Notes: a model not told the origin generated them from the sequence alone. Positions 27,264 to 36,884 are shown, counted from the stretch's first letter. The stretch: DNA of 64,000 nt from a virus (IMGVR_UViG_3300011678_000001:96001-160000), one strand, 5' to 3'. Translations and numbers: made by a program.

Positions 27264-28060
27264 TATGCAGCCTCAGGCTTCTTGGTGCGGATCAGGCGGA
27301 TGAATTGATAGCCAATATCAAACTCCCACCATTTCTCACCCAACTCAGCACGCTTGGGGCGTTTGTGATGGTTATTGTGCCAACCTTCACCACCGGCAAT
27401 CAGTGCTGCAAACCACCAGTTGTTACTGTAGTCGCCGTTGTCGTACGTCTGATAGCCCAACCCTTTCACGTGGCCTGTCCAGAGGACGAAGCGCAGCGTC
27501 AGTTGAGACATCCCCGCCGGGACCATCCACAGCCAGAATACCGCTTCAAGGGCATTCAAACCCACCGCTACACCGATCAACGCCGCCATCAGGATGTACG
27601 ACGCTACGTAGAGCCAGTAGTACTTGATGGTCAGTTGATGCAGGGTATCTCGGGCCACCATGGTCAATAGGAAGCGCTTGCTGACCTTCGTCTTGTGATC
27701 GAAGGGCGATTCACCGGTCAACTGTAACTTGACGTAAGGATCTTCTGGTGTATCGGCTTTACGGTGGTGCGTCATGTGCGTATCGGCCCAGATGCACGGC
27801 GGTCCCACCAGGGAGACCATTGCACAATAGGACATCACCCATTGCCAGAAGCGGTTGGTTTCGAACGCGTTGTGTGAATAGTACCGATGCACCCCCACAC
27901 TGATGCCCACCACGTTCAGGATCTGCCACAGCACCAAGGCTGCGATGATCAGAACGGGATTGAACTGCAAGAACGCGACGATCGGGGCGAGTGCCACCGA
28001 TGTCATGATGATCCGGTTACCCCAGACCATGTTGGTGTTGGTTGGTTTGAACATGTTCAT
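27263..28060 (-). CDS. membrane fatty-acid desaturase 1 (delta-9/OLE1-like)
   Basis: His boxes HRYYSH, HMTHH, GEGWHNNHH; DTPEDP; WWEFD; TAATG overlap with the next gene. Confidence 0.9.
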   Translation of the reverse strand: MNMFKPTNTNMVWGNRIIMTSVALAPIVAFLQFNPVLIIAALVLWQILNVVGISVGVHRYYSHNAFETNRFWQWVMSYCAMVSLVGPPCIWADTHMTHHRKADTPEDPYVKLQLTGESPFDHKTKVSKRFLLTMVARDTLHQLTIKYYWLYVASYILMAALIGVAVGLNALEAVFWLWMVPAGMSQLTLRFVLWTGHVKGLGYQTYDNGDYSNNWWFAALIAGGEGWHNNHHKRPKRAELGEKWWEFDIGYQFIRLIRTKKPEAA

Positions 28061-28068
28061 GCTACCCC

Positions 28069-28698
28069 TTACCCCTGTAGGATTTTCACGGTCGCCAAGG
28101 CGTCTGGTTCGACTTCCGGATACAGCGCCTTGATGTCTTCTTTGGTCACTTCATACATATACACCACAAAGGCGTTTTCAGTACTGGTGTTGGTCAAGGT
28201 GTAGGCTTGGGGCTTGGTCAACTTGAGGTGTTTGAATGCATTGTGCTCGCCAGTACCAATGGTGACGCTGCCTTCGACAATGAACAGGTTGCGCTCAAGG
28301 TCAGAGGCCTCGATGGTCACCGATTCGCCCGGTGCGAGTGGATAGTTCGCTGACCGATACAGCTTAGCACTGATGTCGTTGGCCATGATGCAGACAAACT
28401 TGCTGTCATCTTCACCACCCTGAACCCGGTACTCGCCCTTAACGCTCAAACGTGCATCCAAGGTAGCATCGCCCCGGTGACGTTCGAAATCAGGCATGGT
28501 TGCCGAGACGAACTGAATCGTGCCTTTGACAATGGCATTGGCCCGATAAGTGTTGACCCCAATGGTGGAGTCGTTGAAGGCTGTTTCACGAGGGACGTCC
28601 ACCGCAAGCACCACGTACTGGCCTTTGTTCAGACTCAGCTCATAGACCTTGAAGTTAGGCAGTACCCGTACGTTCCAGCCAGCTGGTAGGAATTCCAT
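28069..28698 (-). CDS. cupin/double-stranded beta-helix-like protein
   Basis: Two beta-rich halves with L.PGESV.I...LFIVEGSV.I pattern; inside the cassette. Confidence 0.45.
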   Translation of the reverse strand: MEFLPAGWNVRVLPNFKVYELSLNKGQYVVLAVDVPRETAFNDSTIGVNTYRANAIVKGTIQFVSATMPDFERHRGDATLDARLSVKGEYRVQGGEDDSKFVCIMANDISAKLYRSANYPLAPGESVTIEASDLERNLFIVEGSVTIGTGEHNAFKHLKLTKPQAYTLTNTSTENAFVVYMYEVTKEDIKALYPEVEPDALATVKILQG

Positions 28699-28700
28699 GG

Positions 28701-28928
28701 TCAGATCTCCTCAGAGTCAGGATGTCGATCAATGGCAGTGGTGGTGGGTGACGGAATATCCGCCGGAGGTAAACCGCTGTTCTCGATCAGGGCGTATGCC
28801 ATGCCCAGAACAAAAGCTTCCTTAACCGACAGACCTCCGAGGTCAAGTGGGGCGAAGTTGATTTTCGACTCCCCGAGGTCACCGCGCACCGTGGCGCTGG
28901 TGGATTGGATCGAAACTACTTTAAGCAT
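28701..28928 (-). CDS. small hypothetical protein
   Basis: 75 aa; AAGG RBS; tightly packed in the cassette. Confidence 0.65.
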   Translation of the reverse strand: MLKVVSIQSTSATVRGDLGESKINFAPLDLGGLSVKEAFVLGMAYALIENSGLPPADIPSPTTTAIDRHPDSEEI

Positions 28929-28948
28929 GACAATGTACCTTTAACAAA

Positions 28949-29533
28949 TTAGACCAAGACAACCGTGGTGGTCTGGTTGACAATGGCGTTATAGATGGCC
29001 TGCCACTGCGCGGAGCTTAAAGTCACACCTCCCACCCAACCGGCAGCAGTAGTGGGCTTGAAGCTACAGGTGTTGAGGTTAGCGCCTTTGAGGTCCTGAT
29101 CTCGGGTCATGTATCCAGCTATCGTGATACCGCCGATATTGATGCCTCGCACGCTTGCGGTCTGGGTGTTGCCTGGCGTGTTAAGCTGGAAGTAGATTGA
29201 GTAGCTATATGTTCCGTTATAGAGCGACCGGTTAATACGGATCTGCACGATGCCAGCACCCATGATAGAACCTGGGCTGACTGACCCGTAAGAACCTGGC
29301 ATGGAGCCAGTGTCTAAGAAATCGGCCGATGTCTGTGAGTTTACGGCGTATAAACTAAACGAACCCAGGCCTACCACAGCCGACTTACCACGAAGTTGAG
29401 TCAGTGAGATAGGACCGCTACCGACACCAGCCAAGCCTCGAACGTTAGAGGCACCTAGACTTATCGCACCACCGACGCCCAATTCGGCTCGCACTTGCGC
29501 CAATGAAATAGGACCACTTGAAGGTAAAGCCAT
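28949..29533 (-). CDS. fibre-tip adhesin / gp38-like receptor-recognition protein
   Basis: N-terminal MALPSSGPISLAQVRAELG...ISL...VRGLAG...GPISLTQLRGKS module, commonly found right after S74-containing fibres; Gly/Ser-rich variable C-terminus. Confidence 0.6.
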   Translation of the reverse strand: MALPSSGPISLAQVRAELGVGGAISLGASNVRGLAGVGSGPISLTQLRGKSAVVGLGSFSLYAVNSQTSADFLDTGSMPGSYGSVSPGSIMGAGIVQIRINRSLYNGTYSYSIYFQLNTPGNTQTASVRGINIGGITIAGYMTRDQDLKGANLNTCSFKPTTAAGWVGGVTLSSAQWQAIYNAIVNQTTTVVLV

Positions 29534-29597
29534 GATGGGCTCTCCTGTTCAATAAGGTGGAGTCATAGAGGAGAGGCTAGGCCTCTCCTCTATTTCG

Positions 29598-30047
29598 TTA
29601 GACCGCCGGTGTCTCGGTTCCTGTGTCGTCGACAGGTTCCTCAGCGTTAGCGGCTTCTTCTGCCGCGGCAGCTTCTGCATCACGCTCGGCTTGTTCCATC
29701 TCCAGCAGACGCAGGTAGTCTGCATCACGCTTGTCGGCAAAGTGCACGTAAGCAGAGGTCAACAGGGCTGCCAGCGTGGCCACGTTCGCTTGCTGACCCG
29801 AGGGCGTACCATCAGGGTTGAGTACCTCGAACGTTTCACCGATGTTAGCCGCATCAATGGCCATCATCAGTTCACCAGCAGGACGCCGGAAGACCGTGCC
29901 GTCCATTTCGACGACTTGCTCTTCAGCGAACATCACCCGAGGAATCTGACCGTAGTCGTTGTAGATGGTGATCGAGGACGCCCGCTTCCAGGTGTCACCT
30001 GTAGCAGTCTGGATGTTGTATTTGAAATCCATCGTTGGGATTGTCAT
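29598..30047 (-). CDS. tail fibre accessory/chaperone-like protein
   Basis: Directly follows the fibre gene; acidic tail. Confidence 0.5.
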   Translation of the reverse strand: MTIPTMDFKYNIQTATGDTWKRASSITIYNDYGQIPRVMFAEEQVVEMDGTVFRRPAGELMMAIDAANIGETFEVLNPDGTPSGQQANVATLAALLTSAYVHFADKRDADYLRLLEMEQAERDAEAAAAEEAANAEEPVDDTGTETPAV

Positions 30048-30071
30048 GAACGCATTGCCTTATGGATGGGG

Positions 30072-31556
30072 TTACTGACCTGCAGGTGACTGAGCCACTT
30101 GCGTCTGGAGTTCTTGGAACAGGGCTGTCAGGATGTCGACACGCTGACTCAGTGCATCGATCTGATTACCTTGATCGACGACAATGCCGTGCAGCTCCTT
30201 GATGCCTTCAGCCAGCAGGGCTGTGACGTTACCGTAGGAGATACCCATGTAGCCGTCTGGTTCGCCCTTGGAGACGACTTCCGGCAGCACCTTGTACATC
30301 TCTTGGGCAATGAAGCCTGCTTGAATCTGGCCACTGTCTTTACGACGGTAGATCACACCCCGCACACCATGAATGCGCTCAAGGGGATTGTCGATGACCC
30401 GGATATTATCCTTCAGTCGGATGTCCGAATACGCCGTGATGTTACCGGCGGCGTAAATGTCCAAGGCCACACCCAGACCACCGGAGATACGCACCGCGCC
30501 TGAAGTGGCCGACGTGGCGTTACTGGTGTTGCCGAACGTGGTGATCCCGGTAACCGTACCACCGCCAGTTGAGAACTTCGCATCCAGCGCAGCTTGCAGT
30601 CCCGATACGGTCGAGATGGCTTGTGTGCCGGTATGGTTAGCTCGGTTGATCAATACCGCATCAGAGGAGTTGACCGTTGCACCGGCTGCAACCCCATCCA
30701 GTTTGGACTTATCTGCTGCGGTCATGAGACCCGCCAGGGCTGTGGTCGCTGCCGCGATGGCCGCATTAGCCCCGGTGGAACTGGAGACTGTACCGGCAGT
30801 TGCAGAAGCCGACCATGACAGGTTTGTTGCGACGTTGACTTGTGCACCGGCTTGAATGCCGTCCAACTTGCTCTTGTCCGCTGAGGTCAGAAGACCTGCA
30901 GCGGCTGTAGTAGCTGCTGGAAGTGTGGCGTTAGTGCCTGTCGAACTGACCACTGTACCGGTGGTGGTGGCCGTGGTATAGCTGAGGTTGGTGGCCACGT
31001 TAACCTGAGCACCTGCCTCAATACCATCCAGCTTAGTTTTTTCTGAAGAACTGTTCCACCAGCTGGCGATGGCTTGACGTACCCGTTCTGCTGTCCACGC
31101 TCGGCGAGTGGTAGATGTACCCGCTTCCGCTTCCGCTTGTGTGATGGTGGAGGCGACCCATTCCCGACTGTTGGTCAGACGGACATCGGTGTTTTCCACC
31201 TTGGTAGCCAGCGAATCGCTTAAGCCTGTAATCTTACTGATCTCAAGGGCTGGGATATCCGCTGCAATCAACAGCTCGCCTTTGGTGACACGGCCTTTAC
31301 TGTCCACGGTGACTTTGGGGTAGATCCCCGGAGCCACTGCGGTGTTAGCCAGGGTCAAGGCAACCGATACAGCAGCATTACCAGGAACCGACTTGGTGCC
31401 AGTGGCATCGCCTGTGAACGACAGGGTAAACGGGTTGGTCAGCTTATCGGCGCTGACCGCGGCTGCCGTTTTGTCCAACTTCGTATCAATGGATGCAGAG
31501 ATCCCCGACATTAAGTTGGCAAACTTCAGCTTGAGTGCTTCAATTTGAGTTGACAT
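30072..31556 (-). CDS. tail fibre with C-terminal intramolecular chaperone (peptidase S74)
   Basis: gp53-like YPKVTVDSKGRVT, internal 55-aa tandem repeat (KLDG..AGA.VN), YSDIRLKDNI cleavage motif, GFIAQE, terminal coiled coil. Confidence 0.88.
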   Translation of the reverse strand: MSTQIEALKLKFANLMSGISASIDTKLDKTAAAVSADKLTNPFTLSFTGDATGTKSVPGNAAVSVALTLANTAVAPGIYPKVTVDSKGRVTKGELLIAADIPALEISKITGLSDSLATKVENTDVRLTNSREWVASTITQAEAEAGTSTTRRAWTAERVRQAIASWWNSSSEKTKLDGIEAGAQVNVATNLSYTTATTTGTVVSSTGTNATLPAATTAAAGLLTSADKSKLDGIQAGAQVNVATNLSWSASATAGTVSSSTGANAAIAAATTALAGLMTAADKSKLDGVAAGATVNSSDAVLINRANHTGTQAISTVSGLQAALDAKFSTGGGTVTGITTFGNTSNATSATSGAVRISGGLGVALDIYAAGNITAYSDIRLKDNIRVIDNPLERIHGVRGVIYRRKDSGQIQAGFIAQEMYKVLPEVVSKGEPDGYMGISYGNVTALLAEGIKELHGIVVDQGNQIDALSQRVDILTALFQELQTQVAQSPAGQ

Positions 31557-31594
31557 CTTGGTTCAACCTTGTAAAGAGGGAGAGCCCACGACCC

Positions 31595-33652
31595 TCACCG
31601 CTTGAACAAGGTGCTTAGGGCACGCAAGTTACGCGGCAGAGACGGGGTGAATTCGACAGTGCTGTATTCAGGCAGGGCTTTGAGGTCTGCCATGGCTTTA
31701 CGCAAGCCTCTGACCGGGGTGGCTTGTCCGGCGTAGCTGTTGATCGTGTTCAGGGCATTGGGCACGTAGTTGGTATCCAGTACAGGCTGGAACCGCTTGA
31801 CCGTGAAGACGGCCGTCATGTTCAAGGGCGTTGACAGGATCACCTTAAAGGTGTCACCGTTGTTGACCAGGAACGAACCTGTGACACCTGAATCCCACGT
31901 CAGTTTAGACCCGCCAGCGGCGGTGTAACCCACGGTGCCCTTACGGACATCATTGACGTAGAGGATGCCTGCAACGGTTTCAGCTGGGGTTCCACTGATC
32001 CCGGCGGCCACATTGACCATGTGCGCAATGCCTGCATCGAACACACTGCTGTCAGCGATCGCTTGACCGTTCCCAGTGAAGGTCACTTTAAAGTCCAATA
32101 CGTAGTAGTAGACTCGCAGGATCTCCACACTGCCATCCTTAAGGCTTGCGGCCACTTGAACTGTAGTCCGGCCCGGTGCAATCTGAAACGATGGCACCTG
32201 ACCTGGCAGGTACGATGGCGTCTGTGCGACCCAAACACGGCTCTCTGACGCGCCGGCGTAGATGCTCTCACTGTCAGCCATCCCAGCATAAAGCGGGTGA
32301 TCACCGTACGTACTGCGCAAGAAGCCCACATTGACTGGTGTGCGGTTGTAGTCGCCTGAGAACCAGCAACCAAACCGGGTGATCAGACGGTTAGCCGTGT
32401 TGAAGAATCCGCTCCGAGATGGAATGGCTTCTTCGATGGTGTTCAGGACGGGTCCGTGGTCAGTGATGACCATTAGCCCGTTGCCTTGCTCCCGGTACAG
32501 GACCATGGCGTCAATGGCCTGTTCGGTGATCCGATCCGCGCTCAGTGCACTTTCACTTGACATCAGAATCACAGCAGCGTATTGGTTCAACTCAGCCAGA
32601 GTCGGGTTGAGTTTGGCTTCTGGCCAATCGCTGGTGTCCTTGATGGTCAGCTGGACATTCGCCACTTTTGCCAGATGAAGGAAGCTCAGTGCAAAGTCAC
32701 TCGCAACCGATGTGCCCTTGATCCAATAGCTTCCAGATGACTTATCACCCAGCAGCAAGATCTTGCGATTACCAGCGGCAAACTTAGTCGGATTGGCGAT
32801 GAAGTTGATGGCGTTGTACAAGAACTTAAAGCTTGCGGTCAACTGCCCCATCGGGGTAACCACATCTTTGGAGATAAAGGTGTAGTTAGAGATCCCGGCC
32901 TCTGGCACCGACATGGTTTCAGGCACAGCCAAGGTCCCATCGAACACGACGAACTTAACCGCGCCATTGCGATCAAGGACGTAGGCCTTTGACAGATAGC
33001 CGGTGAAGTATTCCGCTGTGTCACCTTCCATCGCAAAGGACCAATCGTACAGTGTCGTTCCCACGACGGGTGTCAGGTCAAATTCCCGATGGTACCATTT
33101 CTCTTTGGCGTATGCGGTGATGTCACGGCCTGCATGTGCGGCGATGCCATTCTGGTCAACAAGACTGTCGACATGCCGAAGCGTCGGTAATGATCCACCA
33201 CTCATCAGTGCATCCACACCCATGCGGATGTTTGAGCCGTATCCGTAAAGGTCGTAGACCAGTCGGTCACCTGCCACGATGGCTACACTGCCGCGGTTGA
33301 TCATCTCGTAGTAATGCGAATTGATCGTCGTGGATGTCGTGGTGCATTGGGTTCTCAGGCGGATGGCCTTTTCGAACGCATGTTGAGCCACGTCAGCAGG
33401 GGGCGCTGAGTTGTTGTAAAACTTCGGGAAGCCGCCGTCGTACACCACATTGCCCAGACCGTCTTGGGTCACCGCAATAAAGGGCACCGGTGGGGTGCTG
33501 GCATCATACGCCACGTATTTGGAGATGGAGGGTGCACCGGCGTTGACCGTGTACTGCACGCTTTCCACTTCACTCGATAACACCAACTGCACAGTGGCTG
33601 GGTCATCATAAAAGCCGGGTTGTTTATCGAACGATACGTTGGCCATGGTCAC
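31595..33652 (-). CDS. virion structural / tail fibre-related protein
   Basis: 685 aa in the fibre operon; VVYDGGFPKFYN motif seen in jumbo-phage tail proteins. Confidence 0.6.
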   Translation of the reverse strand: MTMANVSFDKQPGFYDDPATVQLVLSSEVESVQYTVNAGAPSISKYVAYDASTPPVPFIAVTQDGLGNVVYDGGFPKFYNNSAPPADVAQHAFEKAIRLRTQCTTTSTTINSHYYEMINRGSVAIVAGDRLVYDLYGYGSNIRMGVDALMSGGSLPTLRHVDSLVDQNGIAAHAGRDITAYAKEKWYHREFDLTPVVGTTLYDWSFAMEGDTAEYFTGYLSKAYVLDRNGAVKFVVFDGTLAVPETMSVPEAGISNYTFISKDVVTPMGQLTASFKFLYNAINFIANPTKFAAGNRKILLLGDKSSGSYWIKGTSVASDFALSFLHLAKVANVQLTIKDTSDWPEAKLNPTLAELNQYAAVILMSSESALSADRITEQAIDAMVLYREQGNGLMVITDHGPVLNTIEEAIPSRSGFFNTANRLITRFGCWFSGDYNRTPVNVGFLRSTYGDHPLYAGMADSESIYAGASESRVWVAQTPSYLPGQVPSFQIAPGRTTVQVAASLKDGSVEILRVYYYVLDFKVTFTGNGQAIADSSVFDAGIAHMVNVAAGISGTPAETVAGILYVNDVRKGTVGYTAAGGSKLTWDSGVTGSFLVNNGDTFKVILSTPLNMTAVFTVKRFQPVLDTNYVPNALNTINSYAGQATPVRGLRKAMADLKALPEYSTVEFTPSLPRNLRALSTLFKR

Positions 33653-33658
33653 TATCCC

Positions 33659-34183
33659 TTACGCTGAGACAGGTTCAATCATGACGCGGACGTAGCACTC
33701 GATGGCTTTGCCAGATTCGTTTGCCACGATCACGTAACGGTTGTCTTTCACCCCATAGACCACATAGGCCTGAGCGTTGACAAAGGCACCCAGCGTGGGC
33801 GAGCCTGTGACCGTGTCCTTGACGCGCACTTCGACATCCACGTTAGTCAGGTCGTACTTGGCTGCATTGACCCCAAGCAGGGTTTGCAGGTCGTACTGCT
33901 TGACCTGATCAATGGTCATGTTGAGGGTTTCTTTAACAGTGACCGATGGACGGACCCGTTGTAGACCGGAAGCACTGAAGGCCACTTCGATTAGAACGTT
34001 CTCATCCCCATAGACCGCATCACTGCCATCTACGTCACCCACAAGTTTCAATTCAAATGGGTTGGTCAATTTGACCGCACTGGCGGCAGCTTCCGTCTTC
34101 CCGAGTTTGCCGTCGAGTTTATCGGAGATGGCTGCAAACAGCGCAGTGAATTTTGCTTTCACGGCATCGATGCTGGTTGACAT
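33659..34183 (-). CDS. short tail fibre protein
   Basis: First about 70 aa align with the 31556 fibre (MST.I.A.K.KF..L...IS...D.KL.KT.AA.SA.KLTNPF.L...GD..G); late-type ATTCTATG at 34230-34237. Confidence 0.7.
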   Translation of the reverse strand: MSTSIDAVKAKFTALFAAISDKLDGKLGKTEAAASAVKLTNPFELKLVGDVDGSDAVYGDENVLIEVAFSASGLQRVRPSVTVKETLNMTIDQVKQYDLQTLLGVNAAKYDLTNVDVEVRVKDTVTGSPTLGAFVNAQAYVVYGVKDNRYVIVANESGKAIECYVRVMIEPVSA

Positions 34184-34260
34184 TTTTAAGTACCTAAATA
34201 GTACGACATGGGTGAATCGTAAAACTTTACATAGAATTGTCCGAAAAAATAAAAGGGATG

Positions 34261-34298
34261 CGGCATAAGTGCAGGAGAACCCGAAGGCTCTCCTGCAC
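34261..34298 (-). terminator. terminator with TATGCCG tail
   Basis: GTGCAGGAG/CTCCTGCAC stem with UUCG-containing loop. Confidence 0.75.
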
Positions 34299-34302
34299 TC
34301 TG

Positions 34303-35121
34303 TTAGATTGAGGCGTCGCGCCATTCGCGGATTTGCTCTTTGGTCCAGTGGGGCGACCGGCCTTTGAAACGGATCGGGTCAGGGAACGGCGGCTTGTGTC
34401 CGGGAACGTCTCCGCTGCGATAACGACTTAGCGTGGTATTGGCAATGTCCAGCATCATCATCACCTCTTGCGCGCTGGCGAGTTCGAACCACGGAATGTC
34501 ATGGACATGGACAGTACCTTCTTTGGATGCACTTGGTCCCAAGCGAGTATGCAGGCTATGCATGATGGCTTGCATCGCTGAATGCCATTGTGCTGTCACG
34601 CCTTCTCGGATGGTCCCTGCTGGAAAGGCTTCTAACGCATGATTGGCTGCGGTCTGACACTCCCGAATATAGTCCTCCACTGAGACCGCCTGACCATTGA
34701 AGAACAGGCCGCCGTTAACACCAATAGCCGCTGCATTGACTTTCAACGCCTGGAGAAATGACGGGGATGCAATACACAGACCGAAGTTTGTAACCACGTC
34801 CTCAGGTCCGTGTATCCACATCACGCGCAGACCCTCAGGTGATCCGAACGTATCGGTGTTGCCTGCATGGACCCCCAGCAGCCAGACCAGTTGTTTGAGC
34901 TTGAACTTCTGGTTGATCAGGACGTTGATCTGGTAGTCATAATCATCCATCCCACCGATGACCTGACGCAGGTAGAGGTTGGTCTCCTCCATTGTCATGA
35001 TCACTTCTGGTGTGCGTTGAAAGGGATTGACAGCGGTGACAATCACCTCGTCTCGAGAGCGAGTGGATTCAAGCTCTTCTAACTTACCGGTACTGCTGTT
35101 GAACACATAGGTTGGAAACAT
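34303..35121 (-). CDS. protein with C-terminal AlpA/excisionase-like winged HTH
   Basis: SAQEV..MLDI...TL.RY......PFPDPI...GRSP.W....I.EW matches the AlpA pattern. Confidence 0.6.
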   Translation of the reverse strand: MFPTYVFNSSTGKLEELESTRSRDEVIVTAVNPFQRTPEVIMTMEETNLYLRQVIGGMDDYDYQINVLINQKFKLKQLVWLLGVHAGNTDTFGSPEGLRVMWIHGPEDVVTNFGLCIASPSFLQALKVNAAAIGVNGGLFFNGQAVSVEDYIRECQTAANHALEAFPAGTIREGVTAQWHSAMQAIMHSLHTRLGPSASKEGTVHVHDIPWFELASAQEVMMMLDIANTTLSRYRSGDVPGHKPPFPDPIRFKGRSPHWTKEQIREWRDASI

Positions 35122-35171
35122 GGGCGGTCCCCTTGATGAGCTGACATAATGGCCCCCGAAGGGGCCACCTG

Positions 35172-35405
35172 TTATTTGACGTAGATGACGACTCCGGTAC
35201 AATCCCGGATGGCCACGATCGAATCGGTACTGACCTCATGCTGAGTCACAAAGGTCTTAACCTGCTCGACTTCCCATTTACGGGAGAACAACGCTTTGAA
35301 CTTGAAACGGTTATCGGCTTTGATAGACAGGTGGTGGGTGGGGGTTTCAACGGTGTAGTCCGGCCGGGAATGTAGATGCGGCAATACTAAGGTTAAACCA
35401 CTCAC
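35172..35405 (-). CDS. hypothetical protein
   Basis: GGAGG RBS; GTG start. Confidence 0.65.
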   Translation of the reverse strand: MSGLTLVLPHLHSRPDYTVETPTHHLSIKADNRFKFKALFSRKWEVEQVKTFVTQHEVSTDSIVAIRDCTGVVIYVK

Positions 35406-35413
35406 ACGACCTC

Positions 35414-35716
35414 CTAGCGAAAGACGCTGTCACTGAGTTCAGATAACGGCAGGTAACCCGGCTTGATGTCATCCACAGTGATCAGCAACCCATAACCCGT
35501 CATCAAGCGCGACACCGGATCAGGACCGATTTCGTTGATCAGCAATATCGTGACGGCATCGTGCTTCAGGCGGTACGCCTCATTCACTTTGAATCGCGAA
35601 TAGTCTTGCTTGACCATCTCACGAGCTTTCTTCAAGTTAACCTTGAGACGTGTAGTGGGGGTGAAGTGCATCGCCGAGAGGCCATCTAACTCGTCGTCGG
35701 TTATATCGTCGGCCAT
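35414..35716 (-). CDS. hypothetical protein
   Basis: AAGGA RBS; 100 aa. Confidence 0.7.
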   Translation of the reverse strand: MADDITDDELDGLSAMHFTPTTRLKVNLKKAREMVKQDYSRFKVNEAYRLKHDAVTILLINEIGPDPVSRLMTGYGLLITVDDIKPGYLPLSELSDSVFR

Positions 35717-36078
35717 GGAATATTTCCTTTGTCAAGGTGGTAGAGCGCCCACCACAGGTAGAAGAAGATAGCAGGGTAGTTCAGGCCACAATCAACCATG
35801 TGCTGCCACAGGGGTTTGTGGGTGTACTGCAATTTGTTCTGGCTGAGTTTGAGCAAGCCATTGACCTGATCACGCGGGATCTTACGCCAGCTCTGGTACA
35901 TCCAGAAGTAAAACCGTCCGGCGTTCCAGAAGGGAATGCGACCGACCCGGTATGTCCAGGTTTGTCCGGCGGTGTGAAACTCACCGGTCACTTGTGGGTA
36001 GCGGGTGCTGTGGACAATGTACGCAATGAGGACAGTGCCGATGAATGAAGCGACACTGATTAGAAAGGGGTCAAACAT
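35701..36078 (-). CDS. membrane protein
   Basis: Two hydrophobic segments; late-type ATTCTATG at 36112-36119. Confidence 0.65.
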   Translation of the reverse strand: MFDPFLISVASFIGTVLIAYIVHSTRYPQVTGEFHTAGQTWTYRVGRIPFWNAGRFYFWMYQSWRKIPRDQVNGLLKLSQNKLQYTHKPLWQHMVDCGLNYPAIFFYLWWALYHLDKGNIPWPTI

Positions 36079-36142
36079 TTTAATTACGCCTGAAAAAGGG
36101 TGGTAGGGATTCATAGAATCCCTATCCGGTGTAATTATTTAA

Positions 36143-36358
36143 TCAGTCGTCGAGTCTGTTTTCTTCCTCTTCGTCTTCATCATGAATGATCTGATCCATC
36201 TCTTGACGGTCGCGCTCGTCCGAGATCTTTTCCATGTAGTAATAGTAGATCTGTTCTTTGGTCATGCCATCGAACGTTCCTGCTTGCGCAAGCTCATCAT
36301 AGTCGTGCTGAGATTCGGGTTCGAACTCATCAACGCTCATGTCGAGTATATCTTTCAT
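36143..36358 (-). CDS. highly acidic small protein
   Basis: AAGGA RBS before MKDIL; very D/E-rich. Confidence 0.65.
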   Translation of the reverse strand: MKDILDMSVDEFEPESQHDYDELAQAGTFDGMTKEQIYYYYMEKISDERDRQEMDQIIHDEDEEEENRLDD

Positions 36359-36362
36359 GATG

Positions 36363-36884
36363 CTATTCCTTTTCTGGTCTACATATCCGATCGAGCCAAG
36401 CCCGTCGGAATTCACGGCGTTTACGCTTTACCATCGTCCTGACCGATACATCTCCACTGATGACTAAGTGGGCCTCGTCTGTCGTCAAGGCAATGTCCTC
36501 ATGGACGATTACATCATTGAACGACCAGAAGGCTTCACTGCCTTCGTCACCGTCTACTGCATGACACTGCGCACGGCTAATACCCAGTGTCGTTTCAAGG
36601 CCCCGTATCAACAGACTCCCGTAGCCACGGCGACGGTGGTCGTGGTGCACGTAGACCATGATCTGGTGTGTCCGTCTGTTGTATGCAGCGCAGCCCACCA
36701 AGGTGCCTTTGATCTCAAGGCCCACCACTTTCCAAGGGGAAGGGCGATGTCCGTCCCAAATGCCGTCCAAGGCGTCATGCAGGGTCCCTAACCGACCGTT
36801 GTTCAACTTGGCGTCAAGACAACGACCGGCGACGGTCACCTGATCCTCGTAAATGAACTTAGCGGTTTCGGCCACGGTATCCAC
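36363..36884 (-). CDS. GNAT-family acetyltransferase
   Basis: Motif A VYVH.DHRRRGYGS.L and later ..AFW. Confidence 0.8.
   Translation of the reverse strand: MDTVAETAKFIYEDQVTVAGRCLDAKLNNGRLGTLHDALDGIWDGHRPSPWKVVGLEIKGTLVGCAAYNRRTHQIMVYVHHDHRRRGYGSLLIRGLETTLGISRAQCHAVDGDEGSEAFWSFNDVIVHEDIALTTDEAHLVISGDVSVRTMVKRKRREFRRAWLDRICRPEKE

Noticed and set aside
25600-28060. Complete NRPS/PKS or jamABC-type cluster, or host contamination
   Set aside because: No adenylation, carrier-protein or thioesterase genes are visible; the genes are coupled to phage tail genes and end in a phage-type terminator
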